This document shows positions 11,966 through 23,741 of a DNA stretch of 64,000 nt, piece by piece. The stretch covers positions 59,644,001-59,708,000 of the forward strand of contig OX597822.1 of NCBI GenBank assembly GCA_951406725.2. The letters run 5' to 3'. The position numbers and the translations under genes are program-made. Source of the stretch: Octopus vulgaris (taxonomy: Eukaryota). Positions within the stretch are counted from its first letter, which is position 1. Each line of letters opens with the position of its first letter. The notes under the pieces are model-generated. The model did no database searches. It was given only the letters and a program-made list of their open reading frames with translations, and had not been told where the DNA came from.

Positions 11966-11968
<3 letters not shown>
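11700..11968. repeat. Fold-back element: ~40-bp inverted repeat (11709-11748 / 11779-11818) plus tail ending in (TA)n
   Basis: catatggtctgaccactaagaa / ttcttagtggtcagaccatatg. Confidence 0.75.
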
Positions 11969-12024
<56 letters not shown>

Positions 12025-12027
<3 letters not shown>

Positions 12028-12724
12028 ATAAAACGGTAAGATAACAAAAGAAAGAAAGAGACCTCAATATTATGTAAATAGAGGAAATTTATCTATACAA
12101 TAATATGTTATATTACTCGGTAGTCAAGATAAAACTCTGAGTTTCAGATGCCGAAGTGGAAATCCACAACACCATCTCTTCGGTTATCTGGCTATTTGAA
12201 AACGTTATGAAAAAATACCGTTAAATAAAGGGAAATTACTGTGTTATAACTCTGCTTGCCTGCGTACTTATACATCGCTCGCATTTTTCGTCATAAAAAT
12301 TATATAAAAATACATAAAAAATATATAAAAATATATAAAAATATATAAATTCTTCTTGGGACATAACATAGAAAGCATGTTCTATCTGTTTTCTTTAGGG
12401 GACTAAATTTCTGTTACGTTTTTGGTCCCCGAAAGAAAACAGATAGAACATGCTTTCTATGTTATGTCCCAAGAAGAATTTATATATTTTTATATATTTT
12501 TATATATTTTTTATGTATTTTTATACAATTTTTATGACGAAAAATGCGAGCGATGTATAAGTACGCAGGCAAGCAGTTATAAACACAGTAATTTCCTTTA
12601 TTTAACGGTATTTTTTCATAGCGTTTTCAAATAGCCAGATAACCGAAGAGATGGTGTTGTGGATTTCCACTTCGGCATTTGAAACTCAGAGTTTTCTCTT
12701 GACTACCGAGTAATGTAACATATT

Positions 12725-12732
<8 letters not shown>
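12025..12732. mobile_element. Large fold-back element (~313-bp arms, ~13-nt loop) with a hammerhead-like motif in each arm
   Basis: 12094-12407 is the reverse complement of 12421-12732. (TA)n on both sides. Confidence 0.85.
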
Positions 12733-12767
<35 letters not shown>

Positions 12768-12915
12768 TTTGGAACTATTGTTTTGAAACTATTGAAAAGG
12801 TTGTAAGACGCAACGAACATTTTAGAAAAATAAAAGAGAAATAAGTGGAAATTTTACCGGTGAGTGTGTTAAATTATAAGGCACCAAAAGAGAATGACTT
12901 TCCCCAAACACAACA

Positions 12916-12956
<41 letters not shown>

Positions 12957-13758
12957 TTATGTTCTCTCTAGCTTTCTCTCTCTCCCTTTTGAAAAAATTC
13001 AATTTCAAATATACACAAACACTCGTTTGTAAGCGTTATTAAACGGGTTTCAATGAAATTCGTCGAAGAAGTGACCAACAGTATCTAATCTACGTATCGG
13101 GAATTCTAGCCAAATTTTGAAACCGAAACACTTCGTTCAGTGGTTAGTTGAAAACCCATTAACCCAGCATTACATACCAGTAGTAAGCAGGAAACATGGA
13201 GGCTCACAAGACGTAAATATTGCACCATGCATGGAAGTTCAGAAAATCTATTCACAGATTATTTACATAAGTTTACTGACGTAATTCACACAAAAGTAAC
13301 AAATTTACACCTTTAAACAAATGCATTATATATTGCAAGTTTCTGTTAGCATTATATTTTAGCTTGTAACTATTTTAGAAAGAGGGAAATTTTAAATAAA
13401 TCAGATTGGGGATTATTTCTGTATCATCTGCCTTAGACTCTCTCACTCTCTTTCTTTCTCTCTCTCTCTCTCTCGCGCTCACTCTCTCACACATTATATC
13501 TGTCTCGCACTCATACACATGCACACACACACACACACACATACACACACACACAGCGAGAAAGTAAACTACAAAAGAAAAGTGTGAAATTGACATACCT
13601 TTGTATAGCATGACTAGACATATTGTACAAATATTTATAATTAACATACAATTTCACAAGAAATAAGATACGTTATTATCTGTTCACGATTGCTAAACTT
13701 ATTCATCCTACTGCTCGACTACAAAACTATCTATCCATCCATCCATCCATCCACCTAC

Positions 13759-13826
<68 letters not shown>

Positions 13827-13829
13827 TTA

Positions 13830-14754
13830 AGCGCTACCCGTTCGGGATAAGCTCTACAGACACGGCTCGAGAAACACGGGGCCGACCTGCCCGAGATGCG
13901 GTCAGAGCGACGAAACCGTTCTGCACGCACTCGTGCAGTGTCCAACAATTTCCGACCTGTGAGCTTGTGTCGAACAACTGCTGTCACGTGTGGGACGAGT
14001 CGGTTTATCAGCTGAGTCTATCGTCAATATTGTCACGCCTCCTTCCTTCAAACGGGAAGGAAGAGCTATTTTCATCATCCTTGTGGCTATGGCGAAAGAA
14101 TGTATCTGGTGGACGCGTCTGAAAGGATTGGAGACAAACACTTTCCTCTCTGGTCAATCTCTCATCAACTTCTTCAAGTACCACTTGAAAAGGAAAGTGA
14201 GAGCAGAGAGGCAAGTTTTGTCTAGCGAATGTTTTAAAAAAAGATGGGTGAATGTAGCAAGGATGGCACGTATGAATGACGAAGCCACCTTGAGCATAAT
14301 CCTATGAACCCAGAAATTGAAAACAGAGGGTTACCCACTTGCAAACAAATGTGGTAACATATAACAATATTGACCAAGGTTACCGTGGTCTTTTTCGTAG
14401 GCTTTTCTTCCCACGGATAAACCTTACTTGCTTTCCCCTTTACACCATATATCATAACACTGTGATACACGATCCCTATTGATCGTTCTTTTTTTTTTTT
14501 TTTTCATCTTCCCCTTTTTTTTCCCCTTTTTCTTCTTTTTTCATTTCTCTTTTCTTTTGTTCCTTTTCCCTTTCTTTTTTTTTATTCTTTTTATTTTTTA
14601 TTCTATTTATTTTTTTTTTTGTTCTTTTCTTCCCTTTTACGATCCCTCTTGATCGAAAACCTACGCCATCCCCTTTTTTTCATCCCCCAAAAGAAAAGCT
14701 CTACCTTGTAACTTGTCCCATCTGTGTGCAGCCCTGTGTGGCCAATAAAGAAAC

Positions 14755-14757
<3 letters not shown>
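13830..14757 (+). mobile_element. 5'-truncated Tx1/L1-like LINE (ORF2 C-terminal zinc knuckle + 3' UTR)
   Basis: Translates LPVRDKLYRHG..CPRCGQSDETVLHALVQC with an internal stop. T-rich UTR, ends aataaagaaac. Flanked on both sides by (TATC)n. Confidence 0.75.
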
Positions 14758-14849
<92 letters not shown>

Positions 14850-15549
14850 ATCTATCTCTGTGTGTCTTGCCAATGTAATATGAATATTCCTCTAAGTGTT
14901 GGTCCGTGTGTGCACCCATTCGTTGTTAGATATATGTGTCACTCATACTGTGTACGCGTGTTCATGTGTCTGAATTTATTGCGTTTATGTACATGTCTCT
15001 TTTCGCATGTGTCTGAATTTCTTGAGTCTACGTGCCTATCTATTTTCGTAAGTATATACCAGTGTCACTTCTGCATGTGCGTGTTACTTTTTTCATGTCT
15101 TTCTCCCGGCAATGAATATAAATTTATTAAGAATATTGATTTAATAAGAAAAAGAGTTCTTCTTCCAGTTTGAGGGTTCTACGACCCAGAATATACAAAA
15201 TTTTATTAGGGCAAAAGGTGTTGTACCTAAGAAGGCATAGTTTGAACATTTTATCGTAAAACAATATTAAATCTGGAATCACACAAACATACTTTAAATT
15301 TGAGTATTATATTTTTAAAAAATGATCATTCCTAGCGAAATCCCCTAGTTTTTAAAATTAAATGTATACCTATGATCCGCATATATCAATCCAGAATTGC
15401 CTTCAATTGTTTTAATTAATATATTATTCAGTTGGAAGCCAATCTAGGTAGGAGAAATTTTTAGGATCGCATACATAACGCACTCGTTCTGCCGTCTATC
15501 TTTCCATCTGCTTCATTCTTTTGACACTGTAAAGTAGAATATACACATT

Positions 15550-15614
<65 letters not shown>

Positions 15615-15934
15615 CGAGAAAGTAAACAACAAGAAAAATGTGGAATTGACATACCTTTGTATAGCATGAAAAGAGGCAAGACATATTGTACAAATATTTA
15701 AAATTAACAAACAACTTCACAAGAAATAAGATATGTTATCGTTATTATCTGTTCACGATTGTTAAACTTATTCATCGACCACAAAAGTATCTATCCATTA
15801 TATATATATATATATATATATAGAAATTCGGGGTGAGTACTTGATAATTATAAGCACCTGTGTATACCGTTTGGTGGTGTAGGTGGTGGAGTAAATTGAT
15901 CAAAATAAAATAAAAACATGATGCGAAGGATTCA

Positions 15935-16012
15935 GCGGTACATATGTTTCGGGCCTTTATTAGACAGATTTATAACAAAGCATAATGTATGTCTGTGGCC
16001 TTCTTCAGCCGC
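15935..16012 (-). ncRNA. Type-I hammerhead ribozyme with canonical core
   Basis: GCGG-CUGAAGA-aGGCC[long loop]GGCCc-GAAA-CAUAUG-UA-CCGC. Stem III is the palindrome ACAUAUGU. Lies in a ~330-bp island between (TA)n tracts. Confidence 0.75.
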
Positions 16013-16147
16013 GCACAACAGCTTCCACAAGGACATGTGTTACATCAAAAATTCTTGGTTGGGGATGCAAATCCTCTCGTTCACGTACGACATAATGCGG
16101 CAGCAGCATAGAATTGAAGCGTCCATCTCTTTCTTCTCTCAATGTAG

Positions 16148-16188
<41 letters not shown>

Positions 16189-16318
16189 AGAAATATTATT
16201 ATTTCTAAGTCTCTCTAAAGGAGACTACGGCAGCGGTACTGGATATTAATAGTTATCGCCAAGCTAATATGGCAGCTTTCGTCCTATATTTATGGACTGT
16301 CATATTAGCTTGGCGATA

Positions 16319-16384
<66 letters not shown>

Positions 16385-16461
16385 GTATATATGTATATAT
16401 ATATGTATGTATATGTATATATGTATATATATATATATGTATATATATATATGTGTATATA

Positions 16462-16515
<54 letters not shown>

Positions 16516-16988
16516 CAAAACACCCGACAACTGATGAAGGGCCGTTCTTGTGTTGTTTGTCTTGTTTTCCATTTGTTTCTTTCGTCGTTCGCAAAAAATG
16601 TTCATATTCCGTCTCCTCGTTCTTCGTAGTTTTTGTTGGTTACGTTTTGTGACTTCCTGGGGCCACATATGCATATGTATCAAACACTCTGAAATGTTCA
16701 TATTAGAGCTTCCTGCGCAAATGCCCATCTGTGCAGCATGTAGTTTCCAAATTTGTGGCAGAGTGAATTGCGTCATGGTGGTGTTTTACCCACTGACGGT
16801 GCCCAACTGACCCTACCATACTGTATAGTTGACAAAATCAAAAACAAAAATGAACATGCGCGAAATTAATAATATAAAATGGCGGCAATTTAGCGATTGC
16901 ACCTGTGCACACACACACACACACACGCGCGCACATATATCTACATACACACACGCATGCATATAGACAAACACAAATATATATTGCG

Positions 16989-17092
<104 letters not shown>

Positions 17093-18226
17093 TGAGAGAT
17101 AGGCACATATACACACACATATATACACACACATATATACACACATACATACATACATGCATACATACATACATACATACAGACAGACAGACAGACAGAC
17201 AGACATACAAGCGACAAGTATAAATACATTTATTATTGCTAGCTGAAACTTCACAGATCATTTCTCGTAGCCAGTCTTTGGAGGATTAAAGACAATGAGA
17301 AATTCCTACTCTAGTAATGTGGGACTTTCAATTTCTTATAAATTATATCACCTACTTATAGTATTGTGTACTTTTTCTTCTTATTTACGCCTACGGGTTT
17401 ACATGCACACGCGTCTGCACACGCATACACACATGCACACGCGCACGAAAGCATATGCAGTCATTCACATTGATGTACTAATTTATCTAAATATCTGTGC
17501 GCGAATACACACTGATCTGCATACACACAAATATTTATCTGACTCGTGGCTTTTCGTTTGATGCGATCTGGAATTTTGTAAATGTAGCAGTAGCATACTT
17601 CAAATGCAAAAGCAGCTCTCCGTTATTGTTTTTCTCGAGTTTTGAAACAGTTAGCAGTAGTTGTTGCTTTGTTGTTGTTGTTGCTGTTGGTGGTAGTGGT
17701 GATAGTGAAGAGTAAGTATTTTCTAGTCCTTGAGAGGAATTTAGTCTTTGTGATGGAATTTTAGCTATGTTGGCATGTGGTTTAGTCAGGAGAGAACTTT
17801 AGTGATGTGAAGCCTAGCATTTGTAGCAATATTGACGGTTTTAATTGCGTCTTGTTTACGTTTAACATGGCTTTTCGGGATACAATACTGTTTTAATGAA
17901 ACTTGAAGTGATCGTGTCTGTACCTCCAGTGGATTTGCACATCTCATGGAAGAATGTCTTTTTGTCCCTCTTCATGGATTCGGTGCCGGTTTAGTGTCTA
18001 GGTTGCATGTACAGGACACTTGTGTACAGCAAGAGATGTAATGGATGGTAGAAAAGGGTATTGTACGAAATAGGTAGTTGCTGTGTAAGAGAAAGAATGT
18101 GAGAGGGGTAAGTGTAGTTCAGAGAGAAGTGGGTAGAAAGAGAGAGAGAGAGAGAGAGAAGGAAAGAAGGAAAGAGAGAGTGGGAAAGAGAGGGGAAAAG
18201 AAGGAAAGGGAGAGTGAGACAGAGAA

Positions 18227-18278
<52 letters not shown>

Positions 18279-18575
18279 CCATCAACAAATGTCTCAATGG
18301 CAGACTCTGACAAAGGTTCAAAAGTTAATAGCGGATTTGAACCCATAATCAGACTTGATGGCTTCTTGCTAAACAGCAACAACTTTTCTCTTTCTCTCTC
18401 TCTCTCACTCACCCTATCTCTGATTTATTTGGTACACATTATCTTACTAGAACTTATTCTTTTGCTCCCTTCCACCTGATTTTTATAATTATAAATATTA
18501 ATTTTTTTCTCATTGATACCGAGCTGTATAATCATAAAGTATGGCTGGTGCAATCGATTATATTGACTTCAGTCT

Positions 18576-18913
18576 GAGACCCCCTTCGGTCACGAGACTG
18601 ACCATGGGATTGCACCTAGAAAGTTACCCTCCCAGGCACACGTCCGGGCAATGTTGTTTATGGAAGACCAGCAGTCGCTCATGCATACCGGCCTCCCCTA
18701 TCCACGTCACCCGTGCTATCCAAGGGAAAGGCAAGGGCCGATACGGCTTGGCACCTGTGACGTCGCAACTCATTTCTACAGCTGAGTGAACTGGAGCAAC
18801 GTGAAATAAAATGTGTCTTGCTCAAGAACACAACACGCAGCCCGGTCCGGGATTCGAGCTCACAGCCTCACGGTCGTAAGCTCTACGCTCTAACCACTGA
18901 ACTATGCACCTTC
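18576..18913 (-). mobile_element. tRNA-like SINE family C
   Basis: Reverse complement has tagttcagtggttagagc (A box), gctcgaatccc (B box), gtgttcttgagcaagacac core. Related copies at ~21950-22178 (-) and ~35110-35350 (+). Confidence 0.75.
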
Positions 18914-18954
18914 ACATTGACTTCAGTACATAGCCAATATTTATTTCATTGAAA

Positions 18955-19538
18955 GCCGGCGAGCTGGCAGAAACGTTAGCACGCCGGGTGAAATGCGTAG
19001 CCGTATTTCGTCTGCCGTTACGTTCTGGGTTCAAATTCCGCCGAGGTCGACTTAGCCTTTCATCCTTCCGGGGTCGATTAAATAAGTACCAGTTACGCAC
19101 TGGGGTCGATGTAATCGACTTAATACCTATGTCTGTCCTTGTTTGTCCTCTCTATGTTTAGCTCCTTGTGGGTAATAAAGAAATAGGTATTTCGTCTGCC
19201 GTTACGTTGTGAGTTCAAATTCCGCCGAGGTCGACTTTGCCTTTCATCCTTTCGGGGTCGATAAATTAAGTACCAGTTACGCACTGGGGTCGATGTAATC
19301 GACTTAATCCGTTTGTCTGTCCGTGTTTGTCCCCTCTGTGTGTAGCCCCTTGTGGGCAGTAAAGAAATAGGTATTTTGCCTGTCTTTACGCTTAGAGTTC
19401 AAATTCCGCCGAGGTCGACTTTGCCTTTCATCCTTTTGGGGGTCGATGAATTAAGTACCAGTTGCGTATTGGGGTCGATCTAATCGACTGGCATTCTCTC
19501 CCAAAATTTCGGGCATTGTGCCTTGAGTAGAAAAGAAT
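18955..19538 (+). mobile_element. SINE family A head-to-tail trimer
   Basis: Units restart at 19186 and 19370 after gaaata|ggtattt. Confidence 0.85.
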
Positions 19539-20417
19539 AATTATTTTATTGAGCTGAGGAAATGATATCCAAATTCAACTGCAAGAAATAGTAGTCTTGT
19601 CTCCCTGCTGTTTAACAAAACAAAACACAAAAAAAAAGACAAACTGTATTTGAAGTCAGAATATAAGGTATTGGGCTACCTAAACATTGTATTACATATA
19701 GTCAACCATGTTGCTGTATCACTACTTCCACGGCCCAGAGAATCTCACATGGCTTACGTGAGGTACTACAAATATCAAGTAAAGTTTCTTCTATTCACAC
19801 ACTAGATTGTCATTTAAAAACAAGAAATACATTAAGATACACTTTGAAAAAAAAATAGAATAAAGAATGGATGCCTTTTATCATTGTCTTTTCAATCAAA
19901 GCATGGATGGGGTTTAAACAACATCATGTTATAAAGATAAACAATCAAGAATAAAGCTCGAAGGAGTGTGAGGAATAGCGCTAAGTGAATTGTAGGTGGG
20001 CGATTTATGATTCAATATAGAAATATGTAAGTCTGGTTAAATGTTTGAGTTACTGTCAAAAAATGAAGTATTTTAAGATTCCGGAAAAATCTTTTTATGT
20101 AAAAATAACTGGACAATTTGAACAAAAGGAACATGTAAGAAACAAACAAACGAAGTAAAACTATTGAATTTTTTTAAGTGCAGGTTGACAACGAAAGATT
20201 TACGAGTTCTCAAGACCCTTAAGCAAGTAAATATTTGCAGATATTCAAATATAAACACGACGATAGACAGTTTGATTCAATGAGACTTTCTTTTGCAGCT
20301 ATCTGCAATATTAAAATTTCTGGAGAATTTCAGAATTTTGTAAAATTAAAAATACAGACTGTAATATATGTGTGTGTGTGCGTATACATACATACATACA
20401 TACATACATACATACAT

Positions 20418-20517
<100 letters not shown>

Positions 20518-20518
20518 G

Positions 20519-20577
<59 letters not shown>

Positions 20578-21534
20578 ATATATATATATGTATATATGTA
20601 TATATATATATATATATATAGATATGTATATATATATAAGTTCAGCAACAATTTAGATTCAAATGTGTATATATATATATATATATATTTGTGTGTGTAT
20701 ATATGTGCTTCTGTGTGTGTATGTGTTCGAGAATCAATCAGTCTATTTATCAATGTATCTCTGAATATATCTATCTACTTCTATTTATCCCTCGATCACA
20801 GTTTTATTAAATATATGATGAAGGTGGCTAAGAGAATAAAATCTAATACCTTCACTAACTAATTTACTGAGTCCAGAGCCCCAGTATTTAGTTTAGAATT
20901 CCTCGGTGTTAACTGAATGAACGATAAGCTTTCCTAGGGTAAAATACCTGTTTATTTTATCTAGTACACATTGAAATTCTAGAACCTATTTTTTTTTTTT
21001 TGGCGACATTCTACATAATGCAGAATAAAATGTCTTCCCAGAAACACTAAGAGAAACCGATTTGAATTTGAACACAACTGTGTTTTCATTTGATCAGGAT
21101 CAGTAAAACCAGTGCTAGTAATATACTTGTGTCAATGTAATTGAGTTCGCTCATTCAACATGTTACTATTTAGAGATAGGAGGACAGTGCCACTTATGAG
21201 GCAAATGTTTCAACCACTAACACAGCGCTGAGCTGGTGATGGGATACGAACCACTGACCTTCATGTGTACTGCTGCTCCCCTTTATACATTGAATAAAGA
21301 ATTTTCAATCACCATTCCTTTCATGGCTTTCATTAAAAAAATTGTATTTGCATATTTCACGGAGAGAAGATTGTGGTGCCAAAAATAGTGGCGCACCAGA
21401 TTAAATACATTACAAGCTAAGTTAATCAGTATATAAGATACAGCGAACATCAAAAATTTAACCAAATATAATTATGTGATGTGGAAAAGACAACAGTAGA
21501 TTAATAGCTAATATCATTTAAATAATTAAGATAT

Positions 21535-21745
21535 GTTGCAGGCAGAATCGCTAGCACGCCAGACAAGATATTTAGCGGCATTTCGCCCGTCTTTACGTTC
21601 TGAGTTCAAATTACGCCAACGTCGACTTAGCCTTTTATCCTTTCGGGGTCGATAAAATAAGTACCAGTCAAGCACTGGGGTCGATCTAACCGACTTATCC
21701 CTTCTCTCGAAATTGCTGACCTTGTGCCAAAAAATGAAATCAATA
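21535..21745 (+). mobile_element. SINE family A
   Basis: Same consensus motifs as 10649-10872, with the ccttgtgccaaa tail variant. Confidence 0.8.
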
Positions 21746-22500
21746 TTATTTTAATAATTAAGCATGCGAGCTGGGAGAATCGTTAGCACTCCGGGCTATT
21801 TTAATAGTTTTGAAGTGGAACAAGAGACAAACCTTGCCATAGTCTTCTCAATATTTGTTAAAAGAGTGATAAAAGAATCCTTAACTACAATATTGTATAT
21901 GGGCAAGCGCGAAAATTATTGCACATTTTCATTTTTTGTTGTTATTTTTTAATCAAGCGAGAGGGCTTGAACCTATGACCATTTACTGATCTTTTGAAAT
22001 TTAGCGTGACACAAGTGTGACAAGGCCGGCCCTTTGAAATACAGGTACTACTCATTTTTGCCAGCTGAGTAGACTGGAGCAACGTGAGATAAAGTGTCAT
22101 GCTCAAGGACACAACGCGTCGCCGGGAATTGAACTCAGGATCGTGAGCCGAATACCAGAACCAGTAAGCCACCCGCCTTCATTAACAAGTAATAGACAAA
22201 TAATTACTACGTTATCTCTATAGTCATCTTATAAACGATAATTACAGGTTATTATTGAATTAATGTTGAGATACTAATATAGTTGATATAGGAAGTCAGA
22301 ATCTGTAATATTATGATATAAGTGATTTCTTATCTATCTCTATTATTTCCTCCTATTGAATCTATCACTTTCGTCATATGCTATTTAGACTTTTGCACTT
22401 ACCACAGACCGTTTCTTATATCAAGGACTGTAATAAATATTCGGTATTATAAATGTAACACAGTCGTAGCTTCTGTTTTTAAATATACATTATACTATTT

Positions 22501-22919
22501 GGATTTTTTCGGTTTGAACGGCAGTTTTTAACATAATTTCTAGGTAACTAAAAAATTTTAAACTTCGTATACTGGTAGAATGTGTTTATAAAACATCTTT
22601 TTCTCTTGGCTTTATTGAGAAAATTCTATAGTTTGTAAGATATTTGTATTTTTTCTTCAATTTCTGCAATTTCAACCAATCAGTGACGTCTATTGAGTAA
22701 AAAAGCATTCTGTGCCGTATGAATATGTCCCTCGTTTAAGAAACAGATTGGGTTTATTTACATTTGTGAAGAAAAAAAGATACCCTTCCCCCACCCTTAA
22801 CCCTAACCCTAACCCTAAAAGAGATTGAAATGCAATAGATCGATTCTAGGGTCATAATTATGGGTGACAATTTCCTATGACACCGCTAGAAAAAACTGCC
22901 GTTCAAACCGAAAAGATCC
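22501..22919. mobile_element. MITE with ~28-bp TIRs, 8-bp TSD and internal (CCCTAA)n
   Basis: ggattttttcggtttgaacggcagtttt / aaaactgccgttcaaaccgaaaagatcc. TACTATTT at 22493-22500 and 22920-22927. Confidence 0.88.
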
Positions 22920-23545
22920 TACTATTTTAATAGTCGAATCATTACTATTGATTCTAGTTCACGTTATCCTTCCCCTAAAATATCCAATATTTTGAATATT
23001 AACAAAAAATTAGTATTGAAGGATTTTATGCCCAAATCATTAAAAAGCGGAAACCGAGACAGTAAATTGATGAATGGGATGAAATCACTTGTGAACTCGT
23101 TTTAGGTTCGGAGTTTAAATGTTACTGAAGTCAACATTAGCTTTCATCTTTCTGGATGATATATAAACAAACTACTGATGATATACAAACAAACTGTCAC
23201 CCACCCTCCATCAAATTCTGACCATTGTGGTTATATCAGAAATGTTTTAGATACGCACATAATCAAATAAAAATAACATCTGCCAACACCCTTTTCACAG
23301 AGAATTAATAGCTTTGCGCCTTATTAGTCGGTTAATTTGAACTAAAAATAGGTTATTTATATTTGAGAAGCATCCTGACACCTATTAACTGCTTTGTACT
23401 TATAAAAACTTTATACTTATAAAAGCAAACACACATACATATATGTTGTGCGTATTTGTGTACCAGAATATGTGTGTCAATATATATATATATATATATA
23501 TATATTACATACATATATACATAGTATATATATAATATATAAAAA

Positions 23546-23586
<41 letters not shown>

Positions 23587-23741
23587 TACATATTTATATA
23601 TATATATATATATAATATATATAATATAAGTATATATTATATATATATATGTATATATACTTTGATACTTTGATAGGTTTCGGCCATTATTGGCCCAGGC
23701 CATGTCTAACTTAATAGCACCACCTGGTGAAGTCTTTCAAG

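Noticed and set aside
22798-22818. Telomere or chromosome end
   Set aside because: Only about three units, internal to a TIR element.
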